A DNA stretch of 64,000 bases from Parcubacteria group bacterium GW2011_GWC1_45_13 (GCA_001001285.1 LCKG01000001.1:39223-103222), one strand, 5' to 3'; positions 35,207-45,962 are shown, numbered from the stretch's first letter. Program-made: numbers and translations. The notes: generated from the letters alone by a model not told the origin.

Positions 35207-35943
35207 TTTATTTTATAACGCCCCAACCAAGATTTTATTTTCATCCGCAAAATATCTTTAAACATAGAAAACGCGTCTTTTACAAGCCGAACACTGGTAG
35301 CTTCGCGATGATAAAGCGCAACCGGAAAATCTTGAAATTTCAAATGATTTTCTTGAGCAATAATCAACATCTCAATATCAAAAGCGAAACGGTCTACAGT
35401 TAATTTCTCCGTGGCCAGTATAGCGAATTCTTTTTTGAACATTTTTACTCCACACTGGGTGTCTTTCACGCCAGGCAAAATTAAAAAACGCGCAAGGCCG
35501 GAAAAAAGCAAACTGGACAATCTTCGTGTCAGTGTATATCCGGCGTAGCCACGCGACAACGAATGGGCACGCGAACCGTATAATAAATAAATATCTTTAT
35601 TTGAATTCATAAATTTATACATATCGCTGAAAATCTCCATGCCGTAAGAAAGGTCTGTATCCGTAAAAACAATGTAAGCGCCTGAGGCAGCTTTTATGCC
35701 GGCGCGCACAGCAAAACCTTTCCCGCGATTTTTTGGTAAATTAATGGTGTAATAATAATCAAGTTTGCCCTTAAATTTTTCTAAAATATCAGACGTGGTG
35801 TCATCGCTTCCGTCGTTTACAACTATAAGCTCGATTTTGTAGGGCTGCCCAGAAATCCAAGCGCTAAGTTTTTCCAAAGACTGCTGCAAAATCTCGGCAC
35901 CGTTAAAAACAGGCAAAATAATGGATAATTTTATGTTGTCCAT
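35203..35943 (-). CDS. GT2 polyprenyl-phosphate glycosyltransferase (DPM1/GtrB-like)
   Basis: LSIILPVFNGAE, ELIVVNDGSDDTT and FTDTDLSYG. Confidence 0.8.
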   Translation of the reverse strand: MDNIKLSIILPVFNGAEILQQSLEKLSAWISGQPYKIELIVVNDGSDDTTSDILEKFKGKLDYYYTINLPKNRGKGFAVRAGIKAASGAYIVFTDTDLSYGMEIFSDMYKFMNSNKDIYLLYGSRAHSLSRGYAGYTLTRRLSSLLFSGLARFLILPGVKDTQCGVKMFKKEFAILATEKLTVDRFAFDIEMLIIAQENHLKFQDFPVALYHREATSVRLVKDAFSMFKDILRMKIKSWLGRYKIK

Positions 35944-37241
35944 TTAGTTGCCTTAACGATCATTAAATGAAATCCTAGCCCGGCGAATAAAAACATAAAC
36001 GGCTGGAGGGGTATTATAAACCTACTTCCGTCGGCGCCAAAAGCTCCCGTACTGCCAGCCGTAAACATAATTATTCCAACCATGGCTAAAAATATAATAG
36101 AGTAGGCGCGTTGTCTTTTGTAAAACAAACTTACCAGCATTAAAACGTAAACGATCACCCAAAAAAACCACCCTAGTGCCGTCAAAAAATAAACGGATGT
36201 TCCCAAAAAACCTAAAAACAAATTGGGAATTTTCGGCTTAAGAACATAATCGGCTAAATACTGATAATAATTAATGAGGCGTGATTTTATGGCCAGAGTA
36301 GTATGGAACTGTAGGTAAGCCAGCGGACGCTCTTTAACAATTTCAAAAAAATGATTTTTATAAAATGGAACATTCATAAAATCACGAGTAAAAGTTTCCA
36401 GATTAGGATAATTGGATGGAGGAATAGGATATGACAATTGAAAACCTTCAGCATCGGCGAATTTCTGAACAAGTATGTCGTAAAGATTATACCAAGAAGC
36501 GCTAGTGAGTTGCCAAGTGTCAAATACTATTTTATTTCTAAGCAACCACGGAAAAAGCACCGCAAGAAATATTAAAATCGTAATGACTATTTGCCGCCAT
36601 GGCAAATGAAACCAACTCTTCCAGATTTTCCAATCCTCAAAAATCATTAAAAATAAAAACAATGGCAGAAAATACAAACTGGTCGGCCGCGTGAGTGTAG
36701 CTAATCCCAAAATAAGCGCGAAAATATAGTAGCGCTTAAGAAAAAAATAATAACAAGACAAAACAAATAAAAACGTAAAAAGATAATCTGACATTAAAAG
36801 ATTGTTCCAATAGATGGATGCCGGCTCCAGAGCCGTTAAAATAGCCGCAAAAAGATTTACGCCATGAGAAAAACCGAGTAATCTGCCAATGCGGTAAATA
36901 AAAACACTAATAAAACCAGCCATGATATTTTGAACAAAAATTATCCAAAAAAGTGGCAGTTTCAGTAACAAAAAGCCGGCCACAAAGAACGTATAAAGCG
37001 GCATGCGGTAAGCATCCGACGTATACGGAGGGCTTATATTTAAACTAAAAATGCGATGATTAATTAAATTTTCCGCACCGCGGAGATAAAAAGAAAAAGC
37101 ATCCGAATGGGCGATAAAGCCGTGCTCGCCAAAAAATAGCAGTACAAAAATAGCATAAAGAAAACGTAAGCCAAATGCCAAAAGAAAAATGAAAATTTCT
37201 GTTTTATGTCGTTTCAACCAAAGCCAAAATTTTTCTGACAT
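35931..37241 (-). CDS. Polytopic membrane protein, GT-C-like
   Basis: 436 aa with at least 10 TM helices. Immediately follows a GtrB-like GT2, with overlap. Confidence 0.5.
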   Translation of the reverse strand: MSEKFWLWLKRHKTEIFIFLLAFGLRFLYAIFVLLFFGEHGFIAHSDAFSFYLRGAENLINHRIFSLNISPPYTSDAYRMPLYTFFVAGFLLLKLPLFWIIFVQNIMAGFISVFIYRIGRLLGFSHGVNLFAAILTALEPASIYWNNLLMSDYLFTFLFVLSCYYFFLKRYYIFALILGLATLTRPTSLYFLPLFLFLMIFEDWKIWKSWFHLPWRQIVITILIFLAVLFPWLLRNKIVFDTWQLTSASWYNLYDILVQKFADAEGFQLSYPIPPSNYPNLETFTRDFMNVPFYKNHFFEIVKERPLAYLQFHTTLAIKSRLINYYQYLADYVLKPKIPNLFLGFLGTSVYFLTALGWFFWVIVYVLMLVSLFYKRQRAYSIIFLAMVGIIMFTAGSTGAFGADGSRFIIPLQPFMFLFAGLGFHLMIVKATKWTT

Positions 37242-37308
37242 AATATAAAAGATTCTAACATTTAAAAAAGCGAGAAAAAAGCCCCCTCAAAGATTGCGGA
37301 GGCCGAAT

Positions 37309-38799
37309 TCAATTTACTGTTTTTAAAATATTTTTTGGCAATCCTGCCTGTCCCATAGAGTGCTCGTAACGTATAGCGGCAACGGAGGGATTGAAAGGTA
37401 TTTTTAGTTTTTGTCGGATGTCGCGTTCTATAAAATCGCGCATCTTCACCAATTCGTCGGCCGTAAGATAATCAGTATAAACAAAAGATTGGTAATCGCC
37501 TTCCGGATTTCCTTTGTAATATTCAGCTATCTTGGTGTAATCAATCTCCAGTCCGTAGAGCCTATCGCCGGTTTTTCCATAAGTATAAATCCACGCTCCA
37601 GTTTTTTCATCAAACACAGCATCATCGTAATACGGCGTCCCGGGATAAGTAGTGATTATGGTGACGTCAAAGTCATCCGGCTTGGCGTTTATCAACCATT
37701 CATAAGTTTCCATAACTGTCTCGGCTGATTCCCCAGGGTGCCCGATGGACATTAGCGCCTTCACTTTAATGCCGTATTTTTTCGCAATTTCCAGGCATCT
37801 GGTGTTTTCTTCGCGCGTCGCCCGCTTGTTAATATTAGTCAGAATACGCGGCGAGCCGGACTCAAAGCCAACCAAAATCTGACAAAATCCCGCTTCACGC
37901 ATAGCCGCGGCCTGCTCTTCGGTAAATAACTGGGCCTTGATGAAGCCGCGTAATTTCCATTCTTCGCCCATTTGATTCTCTAAATCTCTTATGGCCCACA
38001 TCAATTTTATCATCTCTTTATTTACATTGAGCTCATCGTCATAAAGCATAAATCCCTTCACGCCGTAGGTCTCGCGCATAAACTTCATTTCACTGATGAT
38101 GCTTTCAATTGATCTGATGCGAACCCGCCGCAAAAATGGCGATGCTCTGCCGCCGCAAAATCCGCACTCAAAAGGACAGCCCAACTGGGCAATCAGACTC
38201 AGCGCGCGTTCTCCGTCAATAAAATAATGATAGCTATCTACATCAACTAAATGGCGGGCGGGGTATGGCATTAAGCTTAGCCTTTGGCTATCCAAAAAAA
38301 GGTGCGATTTTGGATCATCGGCATCAATTAATTTGGGCGTATTCTCATCCAGAGCCAAAAAAATTGCTTCCTCTCCGTCGCCGGCGACCAAAATGTCAAA
38401 ATTACAAAGCAGCACATCCTTGGCTCTCGCCGCCCTGCCCAAAACTTTCCTTTTCAATTCTTTTTTATGAGCGGCGTTAACCAAAGTAACATGAGGCCCC
38501 CCCAAAATAATTTTGGCATCGGGATGCGCCCGATGTATAACGCCAGCTATCTTGGTAGCCGCGGGCATCTGCGGAGTGGTCGCGGTAATGCCAAAACATT
38601 CGGCCTCGGAGCGCGAAGCGTGAGCTAGCATAATTTCTTCGTAATTTTCAATCCCGGAAAGGTCCAGCTTTTCTAGCGATATCTTTTGAGTTTCCAAAAC
38701 AGCAGCGACTTTTAAAATACCCAAACTCATAAAAACGCGCTCGTCGGAAAGAAACACGGACGGCGAAGTTATCAAACAAACTGGGCCAATACTCTCCAT
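37309..38799 (-). CDS. B12-binding-domain radical SAM protein (class B), paralog of 16973-18490
   Basis: B12-binding N-terminal region, then the CxxxCxxC cluster in LGCPFECGFCGG. Confidence 0.8.
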   Translation of the reverse strand: MESIGPVCLITSPSVFLSDERVFMSLGILKVAAVLETQKISLEKLDLSGIENYEEIMLAHASRSEAECFGITATTPQMPAATKIAGVIHRAHPDAKIILGGPHVTLVNAAHKKELKRKVLGRAARAKDVLLCNFDILVAGDGEEAIFLALDENTPKLIDADDPKSHLFLDSQRLSLMPYPARHLVDVDSYHYFIDGERALSLIAQLGCPFECGFCGGRASPFLRRVRIRSIESIISEMKFMRETYGVKGFMLYDDELNVNKEMIKLMWAIRDLENQMGEEWKLRGFIKAQLFTEEQAAAMREAGFCQILVGFESGSPRILTNINKRATREENTRCLEIAKKYGIKVKALMSIGHPGESAETVMETYEWLINAKPDDFDVTIITTYPGTPYYDDAVFDEKTGAWIYTYGKTGDRLYGLEIDYTKIAEYYKGNPEGDYQSFVYTDYLTADELVKMRDFIERDIRQKLKIPFNPSVAAIRYEHSMGQAGLPKNILKTVN

Positions 38800-38845
38800 T
38801 TTCAGCCTCCTTTCAATTAAACAATGTGAGAACTCTTTTCAAAGC

Positions 38846-39553
38846 CTACTCTATAAATCTGCATTTTACAATAGTCCATAAAATTAAAAACCCATGGCGC
38901 CAATTAATTTTTTTACCTTCTTTGTAACTTCTAGGATAATAATGTATGGGTACGTCTATTGTTTTATATCCCTTTTTTAAAAGCTTGCAAATAAGTTCGT
39001 TGTCAAAATCAAAGTTATCTGTTCTAACATCAATGGTATCGATCAGCCGTTTAGGAAAAACTTTGTAACAGGCCTCATATTCGCCAGCGTTATTCCAGTA
39101 AAGCCAATTAGTTGTCCAGGTAATTAATTTATTACCAAACCAACTAAACCAATAAAACGACTTGTGTTTTCTCTCATCGCTTTGCGGCTGTATTCTTTTA
39201 CCCAGTACCGCTACGCTAGCGTTATTTAGAACCGGTTTGAGCATCGCGGGATAATCCTGCGGATCATATTCTAAATCTGCGTCCTGAATAATCACAAAAT
39301 CTCCACTGACTTCCTTAAAACCCGTGCGAATAGCAGCACCCTTGCCTTGATTTTTTTCTTGATAGACAATCTTATATTTATTTAATTTTTCCAAATCCCG
39401 CAAAATGTCACGCGTGCCATCAGTTGAGCCATCGTCTACTATAATAATTTCTTTTTTAACGTCGCCCAAATCTACAGCCTCAATCCGCCGGAGAATTTCC
39501 GAAATCGTACTCTTTTCATTATAGGTGGGGATAACAATAGACAATTTCGCCAT
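38846..39553 (-). CDS. GT2 glycosyltransferase (DPM1-like)
   Basis: LSIVIPTYNEKSTI, IIIVDDGSTDGT and IIQDADLEYDP. Confidence 0.8.
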   Translation of the reverse strand: MAKLSIVIPTYNEKSTISEILRRIEAVDLGDVKKEIIIVDDGSTDGTRDILRDLEKLNKYKIVYQEKNQGKGAAIRTGFKEVSGDFVIIQDADLEYDPQDYPAMLKPVLNNASVAVLGKRIQPQSDERKHKSFYWFSWFGNKLITWTTNWLYWNNAGEYEACYKVFPKRLIDTIDVRTDNFDFDNELICKLLKKGYKTIDVPIHYYPRSYKEGKKINWRHGFLILWTIVKCRFIE

Positions 39554-39595
39554 CTCTGGATTATAAACTAAATTTTATATATAGTAAATTTAATT

Positions 39596-41239
39596 ATGTT
39601 TAAAATTTCATCCCAAAAATGGCTTATTTTTATTTTGGTTTTGGCATTCCTGATAAGAATCGCGGGCGTAAGCTATGGACTTCCTCTTTGGCTGGTTGAT
39701 GATGAACCGCCTTTCGTGTTGGCCGCGCTTAAAATGCTTGAACTAAAAACTCTACTACCGGTCTTACATCTGGCGGATTTTAAAACTGTTCTTTATTATC
39801 CGCCATATTTTTCTTATTTATATTTGCCGTTTTTTGCGGCGCTTGTAGCGGTAAAATTTTTATTTTATAAAGGCGCCGCGAATCTTTTTGCCGCATATCT
39901 ATTGAGCGATCTTTCGCAATTTTTTATAATTGCGCGAGTAATAAATATTTTTGTGGGCGCCGCTTCGGTTTATTTAATTTATAAAATAGCAAAAAATATT
40001 TTCGCAGACGAAACTCCGGCTCTGTTTGCCGCTTTTTTTGTTGCAACCAGTTTAATCCATACCGCGATATCCATGACCAGCCGGCATTGGCTTTCCGTGT
40101 TTTTCTTCTCCGCACTAGTTCTGTTTTGGCTTTCGCATCCTGATTTATCAGAGAAAAAAAGATATTTCCGGGCGGTATTTTTCGCTGGCCTCGGCGTGGG
40201 CGTTGCTGTAATCAATTCTCTATTGGCGATCCTCATCGCGCTTTGGTATTTGCTTTATGAAAAAGGAATGGCTTTAAGGCTTTTTAAAGAAAAATTTTTC
40301 TATCTACTTTACGCAATTTTTGGCGCACTTTTTACGCTCCCATATATTCTTTACCCAGAAAGCCTAGGTTTTAAAGCCGATATTACCGCCGAAACGGCAA
40401 AAACTATATTAGGCGCTGTCACCAGCCCGATTTTTTTCACAAAAACCATAGCGGCATCCGAATTTATTCTGATCGCTTTCGCCGCAGCTGGCCTCATATT
40501 CTCTTTCAAAAAATCCAGAAATGTTTTTTGGACTTTTGCGGCGTTTATTTACGCTTACAGCATAATTTTTTATCTGGTTTTCAGGTTTGAACCTAGATTT
40601 TTTATGGGGCTCCTGCCGTTTTACGTAATTTTGGCGGGTTATGGTTTTTGGGAATCGCAAAAATTAATATCAAACCGAATTCTAGCCAACGTTTTCGCGC
40701 TGATACTGTTAGTGCCTTTGATTTTTACTTTGCGGCTTGACTGGTTGGCGATAAAAAACGATTCAAGAACTTTGGCGTTAACATGGGCGGAAGCCAACAT
40801 CCCAGCCAGGTCCAAAATAATGGTTTTAGCCCGTCTCACCAATTTGCCGACAAATAAAGCAGCCGTGGCCGAACAGGAAAAATTAGATCCGGCTTCTTTA
40901 AGAAAAGTGAATTTAGCCCAAGCTGAAATTGCCGAAAACTCGCCGGATTTTAAATCTTTCCATGCGCTTAATCTTCGTGATCTTTCAAATGAATCTTTTT
41001 ACGAAAACATAGATAGTTATGTAAAACAAAATCATTATGAATATCTATTCATACAGCTGGCTTACAGAGACAGCGAGCGCTTCAAAAATATAACGAAAAA
41101 TGCTACTTTACTCAAATCATACGCTGGCGGAGATTCCAGACTTTCTCTGGCCGAAAGTCAATTTATAGCGAATCCTCTGGGCTTATTTAAAATAAGCGAG
41201 CTTGGCCCGCGAATAGAAATATATAAAATAAATCAATGA
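39596..41239 (+). CDS. GT-C-fold glycosyltransferase, GT39/GT83 (PMT/ArnT)-like
   Basis: DE motif in the first loop (WLVDDEPPFVLAALK), at least 11 TM helices and 547 aa. Confidence 0.6.
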   Translation: MFKISSQKWLIFILVLAFLIRIAGVSYGLPLWLVDDEPPFVLAALKMLELKTLLPVLHLADFKTVLYYPPYFSYLYLPFFAALVAVKFLFYKGAANLFAAYLLSDLSQFFIIARVINIFVGAASVYLIYKIAKNIFADETPALFAAFFVATSLIHTAISMTSRHWLSVFFFSALVLFWLSHPDLSEKKRYFRAVFFAGLGVGVAVINSLLAILIALWYLLYEKGMALRLFKEKFFYLLYAIFGALFTLPYILYPESLGFKADITAETAKTILGAVTSPIFFTKTIAASEFILIAFAAAGLIFSFKKSRNVFWTFAAFIYAYSIIFYLVFRFEPRFFMGLLPFYVILAGYGFWESQKLISNRILANVFALILLVPLIFTLRLDWLAIKNDSRTLALTWAEANIPARSKIMVLARLTNLPTNKAAVAEQEKLDPASLRKVNLAQAEIAENSPDFKSFHALNLRDLSNESFYENIDSYVKQNHYEYLFIQLAYRDSERFKNITKNATLLKSYAGGDSRLSLAESQFIANPLGLFKISELGPRIEIYKINQ

Positions 41240-41997
41240 AAATTATTGTAATCATTCCGACTTTCAATGAAAAAGAGTCTGTGGGAGGGCTTTTGGAGAA
41301 CATCGCCGGAAAAATATTTAAAGAAGTCCCAAACCACCAAATAGGAATTTTAGTTGTCGACGGCGCCTCGCCTGATGGGACAGCTGACATTGTAAAAGCC
41401 AAATCTGCAATTTATCCGAATCTTAATTTAATAGCGGAGAAAAAAAAACGCGGCATCGGCTCCGCGTATATCGCTGGGATGAAATACGCGATAGAAAAAT
41501 TGGGGGCGGACGCTGTTATAGAATTTGACGGCGACGGCCAGCACAACCCCGAAGACATAAAACGGCTTGCTGCCGAATTGGATAAAGGATATGACTATGT
41601 CATCGGCTCTCGATATATTCTGGGAGGTAGCGTCCCGAAAGAGTGGGCTCATTGGAGAAAATTTTTAAGTAAATTCGGCGGTTTATTCGCCAAAATAATT
41701 TTAAATCTGCCAACCAATGACAACACTTCCGGCCTTAAGCTTTCGCGCGTGAAAAATTTAGCGGAACGCCTGCCGCTTGATGAAAACAAGGTTTTATCAA
41801 AATACTACGCTTATAAAATCCATTTTCTCTATGAAATGATAAAAATGGGCGCGAAAACAAAAGAAATCCCAATTAAATTTTTAGAACGCCGAAATGGCAG
41901 CTCTAAAAGCACCTTCCGCGACATTTTTGACTCTCTTCGCGTCGTGCTTGCGCTAAAATTCAGAAATAATAAAAGCCCCCAGCATAAATTAAGCTAG
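41236..41997 (+). CDS. GT2 polyprenyl-phosphate glycosyltransferase (DPM1/GtrB-like)
   Basis: IVIIPTFNEKESVG, LVVDGASPDGT and EFDGDGQHNPEDI. ATGA overlap with the upstream GT-C gene. Confidence 0.8.
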   Translation: MKIIVIIPTFNEKESVGGLLENIAGKIFKEVPNHQIGILVVDGASPDGTADIVKAKSAIYPNLNLIAEKKKRGIGSAYIAGMKYAIEKLGADAVIEFDGDGQHNPEDIKRLAAELDKGYDYVIGSRYILGGSVPKEWAHWRKFLSKFGGLFAKIILNLPTNDNTSGLKLSRVKNLAERLPLDENKVLSKYYAYKIHFLYEMIKMGAKTKEIPIKFLERRNGSSKSTFRDIFDSLRVVLALKFRNNKSPQHKLS

Positions 41998-42024
41998 AGA
42001 CACAGAGAATTTTATCCGCAACCA

Positions 42025-42210
42025 TCAACCATACAACTTGTGCTTGTTATACTCTTCATGTTGATGTTTTGCCCGTCGCCAGCAAAAATTTTCCCAAGGT
42101 CCTATGAAGAAAATATGGATTAGTGCCCATACTCCAAACAAAAAAACAATACACCACGCAAGAAAATACATCACAACCAATCCTACTCCTATATTCTGCA
42201 ACATAAACAT
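42025..42210 (-). CDS. Small hydrophobic protein (2 TM helices), hypothetical
   Basis: 61-aa ORF in an otherwise non-coding gap, with two hydrophobic helices. No other support. Confidence 0.3.
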   Translation of the reverse strand: MFMLQNIGVGLVVMYFLAWCIVFLFGVWALIHIFFIGPWENFCWRRAKHQHEEYNKHKLYG

Positions 42211-42251
42211 TCTCCTTTTTTCATATTCTGATTTCTGCCTTAATTATACGC

Positions 42252-43373
42252 CTATTTGTTTATAAAGTCAATAGCACGGTGAGCGCGGTTTGACCAAGTG
42301 TGGTTTTGGACTTTTTGGAGGGCGTTTTTAGCAAGCTGTTCAGCTCTAGTCGGATCTTGTAAAATCTCTTTAATTGCCCTCACTAAATCTGCCGCATCGT
42401 TAGATCTGAAAAATAAAGCTTCTTTTTCAGTCAAAATTTCACGGAGCGACGGCAAATCGGATGCAACAATCGGTCGGCCGGAAGCCATATATTCAAAAAG
42501 TTTTAAGGGCGAGGTGTGTTCTTCGGAAATTTTGGACCCTTTTTTATTCGGTAAAACCAAAACATCTGCCGCTTTCAAATAATATGGAATTTCAGCGTAG
42601 GGTTTGTGACCTATTAATTTAAGATTTTTAAGATTTATGGTGTAAGATTTTAGATTTGAGATTTCCTCCTCTGAACCTCCAACGAGCATAAACAAAAAAT
42701 CTTCTCTAAAATTTTTCACGGCTTCCAGTAAAACATCTACACCTTTCCAGTCATAAAGATAGAAACTTCCGGTGTAGAGAATGTTTTTTTTATCTTGCGG
42801 CAGGTTTAATTTTTTTCTTGCCTCTTCTTTAGAAATCCTAATGTCAAATTTTGCTAGATCTACGGCGTCTGGCAGAACCAGAATTTTATTTTCTGAAATG
42901 CCGAGTTTTATAAGCTCGTTTTTGGTAAAGCTTGTGAGCACAAAAATCGCCTTGGCCTTGCGCCAGGTTTTTTTATGTAGTAAACTCGGCCTAGCCGGTA
43001 AAGAATGCACTTCCATGCAAAAATCTTTAAAAAACAATCCTGCCCACTCTTCGCGCGTATATAAAATATCATAATTCTTAAATAATAAATATATTCTAGA
43101 AGCGATTAAAAATATAAGCGTCTCGGCAAAGAATCCGGATTGGCCCAACTCCAGCGCAATAAAATCCAACGTCGGCAATTTAGTGATTTTAAAATTCTTT
43201 TTGACTCCGTAATAATCAAACGGATTTTCTTTAATATTATTTAAGCGCCTAGGCAATACCAGCTCAACATCAATCCCTTGGGCGGTAAAAGCGTCGCACA
43301 TTTTCATAATCTGAATTCCGTGCGCTTTTTCAGTAGGGATTCTAGCGTTGGCAATATAAACAAGTTTTTTCAT
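42252..43373 (-). CDS. GT4-family glycosyltransferase
   Basis: C-terminal GT-B signature EHTSPLKLFEYMASGRPIVASD. The start was taken at the ATG at 43371-43373, which overlaps the asnB-like stop (ATGA); the ORF-track start is a TTG. Confidence 0.8.
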   Translation of the reverse strand: MKKLVYIANARIPTEKAHGIQIMKMCDAFTAQGIDVELVLPRRLNNIKENPFDYYGVKKNFKITKLPTLDFIALELGQSGFFAETLIFLIASRIYLLFKNYDILYTREEWAGLFFKDFCMEVHSLPARPSLLHKKTWRKAKAIFVLTSFTKNELIKLGISENKILVLPDAVDLAKFDIRISKEEARKKLNLPQDKKNILYTGSFYLYDWKGVDVLLEAVKNFREDFLFMLVGGSEEEISNLKSYTINLKNLKLIGHKPYAEIPYYLKAADVLVLPNKKGSKISEEHTSPLKLFEYMASGRPIVASDLPSLREILTEKEALFFRSNDAADLVRAIKEILQDPTRAEQLAKNALQKVQNHTWSNRAHRAIDFINK

Positions 43374-45154
43374 AATTTTACTTTGTATAATTTCGCCCAA
43401 ACCTGAAAATTAATAATCGTCCATAAAATCGTGAGGTTATATCTTCTGCCTTCAACGTGATCTTTTAGGATTATATCAATATTTGCCCAATTAAATATCG
43501 GCGCGGTTTCGGCATAATAACTTTTAGAAAGAATGTTTTGGGCTAAAGCATTAATTTTAGGGTTCCTTAGCCACTTCGCCGCGGGGGAAAACCATCCGCG
43601 TTTGGGTTGATGCATCAAAAAGTCCGGAATATGCCCGCGGAACGCCTCTTTTAAAATGATTTTTGTATTGAACGCCCCGACTTTATATTTTCTTGGGATT
43701 CTTGCCGCGAATTCAACCAGATTTTTTTCCAAAAGCGGCACTCTCGCCTCAACCGCCGAAAACATCGACATCTTGTCCGTGCGGGCAAGTGACTCGTCCG
43801 CGAGCCAAGCTCGCCTGTCCACCGACATAAAAAGCTCCTCAAAAGTTTTAAACGGGTTTTTTTGAAAATAGTTTTCAGCAAAAAAAGATTTCGCAATATT
43901 TCCTCCAAAAAATTCTTTCTGTAAGACCTCTCTCAAAATCGGATCTTTTTGAAACATAAACCGCGCGAACCTGTCCGTTTTTTCCGGCAAAAAAAACTCC
44001 GGCAAAAAACTCATAATGCGGCTTATGCGGTATCTTTCATAACCGCCAAAAAGTTCGTCGCCCCCGTCGCCTCCCAAAACCACGTCCACTTTTTGGTTTT
44101 TGGTAAATCCGGCTAGTTTCATCATTGGTATTGCGGTCGGGTTGGCAATCGGCTCATCTAGCTGAAAGAAGGCTTTTTCAAAAAAATCCGGGATTTCTTC
44201 CTCTTTTAGCAGGACTTCGTGGTGGCGCGCGCCGTAGTGCGCAGCGGTGCGCTTTGCCAAATAAAAATCTTGGTTGAATTTTTCTTCATCGTCCTTATTC
44301 GGAAGGCTGAACCCGACGGAAAAAGTGTCTATGTTTCCACGAACCGTGCTCATCGCATCCAGCACGACGCTGGAATCAATCCCGCCGGAAAGATAAAGCC
44401 CAATCGGGCGGTCGGAAATCAATTGTCGCTCGACGCTTTTTAAGATTTCGCCCCGCACATCCTCCGCCAAATACTTAAATGGCCTGTTAAAATATTTTAC
44501 ATCCGAAATTTCCCAATACTTTGTGAGTTTCAGCTCCCCATTTTGGAAAACTCCATAATGCGCCTGCGGAAATTTATGGATTCCTTTGAACATAGTAAGC
44601 GGCGCCGGCACATAAAGCACGCGCAAATAATGGTTAAGGGCTTCGCGGTTTAGTACTTTAGGCACATCGTGCTCTAAAATCGCCTTAATCTCCGATGAAA
44701 AAATGAACTTGCCGCCGCCCAAAAAATAATAAAGCGGTTTCACGCCGATATGGTCGCGCGCTAAAAAAAGTTCCCGTTTCGTTTTGTCCCAAATAGCAAA
44801 CGCAAAAATTCCATTAAGTTTATTTACGGCCTCCGAGCCCCATTTTTGATAAGCTGCCAAAATTACTTCCGTGTCGCTTAAAGTTTTGAAATTATAAAAA
44901 TCCGCAAGCTCTTTTTTTAAATCTTTAAAATTATAAATTTCTCCGTTAAAAACAACCACCAAATTTCCGTCGCCGGACGCCATTGGTTGATTCGCCGCGC
45001 CGCTTAAATCAATTATGCTTAAGCGATTGTGGCCGAGCGAAATTTTATCGTCAAAAAAAACACCTGTGCCGTCGGGGCCGCGATGCCGCGTTGCCCGATT
45101 CATTTTCAAAATCAAGTTTTCATCCTTAAAATTAAATCCGTTTATTGCGCACAT
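43370..45154 (-). CDS. Asparagine synthase (glutamine-hydrolysing)-family amidotransferase
   Basis: MCAING with the Cys2 nucleophile, the SGGIDSS PP-loop, and 594 aa. Confidence 0.85.
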   Translation of the reverse strand: MCAINGFNFKDENLILKMNRATRHRGPDGTGVFFDDKISLGHNRLSIIDLSGAANQPMASGDGNLVVVFNGEIYNFKDLKKELADFYNFKTLSDTEVILAAYQKWGSEAVNKLNGIFAFAIWDKTKRELFLARDHIGVKPLYYFLGGGKFIFSSEIKAILEHDVPKVLNREALNHYLRVLYVPAPLTMFKGIHKFPQAHYGVFQNGELKLTKYWEISDVKYFNRPFKYLAEDVRGEILKSVERQLISDRPIGLYLSGGIDSSVVLDAMSTVRGNIDTFSVGFSLPNKDDEEKFNQDFYLAKRTAAHYGARHHEVLLKEEEIPDFFEKAFFQLDEPIANPTAIPMMKLAGFTKNQKVDVVLGGDGGDELFGGYERYRISRIMSFLPEFFLPEKTDRFARFMFQKDPILREVLQKEFFGGNIAKSFFAENYFQKNPFKTFEELFMSVDRRAWLADESLARTDKMSMFSAVEARVPLLEKNLVEFAARIPRKYKVGAFNTKIILKEAFRGHIPDFLMHQPKRGWFSPAAKWLRNPKINALAQNILSKSYYAETAPIFNWANIDIILKDHVEGRRYNLTILWTIINFQVWAKLYKVKL

Positions 45155-45962
45155 ACAAAATTTGCTGCTTAGTAAGTAAATACAAAATATAAAAATGCTG
45201 CCACAAAGTTAAAAACTGAATCCGCAGCGGCATTGAATCTTTAAATCCGTAAAGAAGATACATTTTGGGAATCCTGTATAAATACCCGGCAATGATGCGC
45301 AATCTCCTGTAAACGCACCAATAAAAAAATTCGCCCCAAGGCCCTCCGCCGGCGGCATCCGCCTCCCAATTGGCATACATTTTTTGGTACTTCCAATAAT
45401 TTTCTACGCGCTCTTTTGGCCAATGAAAGTCATAAAAACTCTTAAGCGCGCCGACTTTATATTTTTTTTGATCAAACATCAACCGATCGTGCACTCTGCC
45501 CTTAAAATACGGCTTTATTTTTCTATTTATAAGCCTTGTCTGATAAGAAGGATAGCTTGCTTCGTGCTTAATTTCTTTGCCGTCAAGAAAAAGTCGCGTT
45601 GGCATGCGATAAACAAAAAATGGTGAGGCGGGATCAGCTGTGATTTTTCGGATCTCTTCAACAACTCCGCGAGAAAGCGCGTCGTCGGAGTCCATAAAAA
45701 AATACCAATCGTATGAAGCCGCGTCCATGTTTCGTTGGCGAACATTCGCTTTGTCTTTCACGCATCGCAAATTGGGTTCGTCGGAGTCATATTGCTTCAC
45801 TATTTTCACGCCGTACTCGCGCGCGATGTTTAAAGTATTGTCTGTTGAATTACCATCGCAAACGACAATCTCGGCAAAATCTTTCACCGAATCCAGGCAA
45901 CGACGCAAAGTCTTCCCGGAATTTAAAGTCAGAATGCCGATTGAACAGGGTATTTTATTCAT
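45132..45962 (-). CDS. GT2-family glycosyltransferase
   Basis: CSIGILTLNSGKTL, EIVVCDGNSTDNT and FFMDSDD. Confidence 0.75.
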   Translation of the reverse strand: MNKIPCSIGILTLNSGKTLRRCLDSVKDFAEIVVCDGNSTDNTLNIAREYGVKIVKQYDSDEPNLRCVKDKANVRQRNMDAASYDWYFFMDSDDALSRGVVEEIRKITADPASPFFVYRMPTRLFLDGKEIKHEASYPSYQTRLINRKIKPYFKGRVHDRLMFDQKKYKVGALKSFYDFHWPKERVENYWKYQKMYANWEADAAGGGPWGEFFYWCVYRRLRIIAGYLYRIPKMYLLYGFKDSMPLRIQFLTLWQHFYILYLLTKQQILYVRNKRI

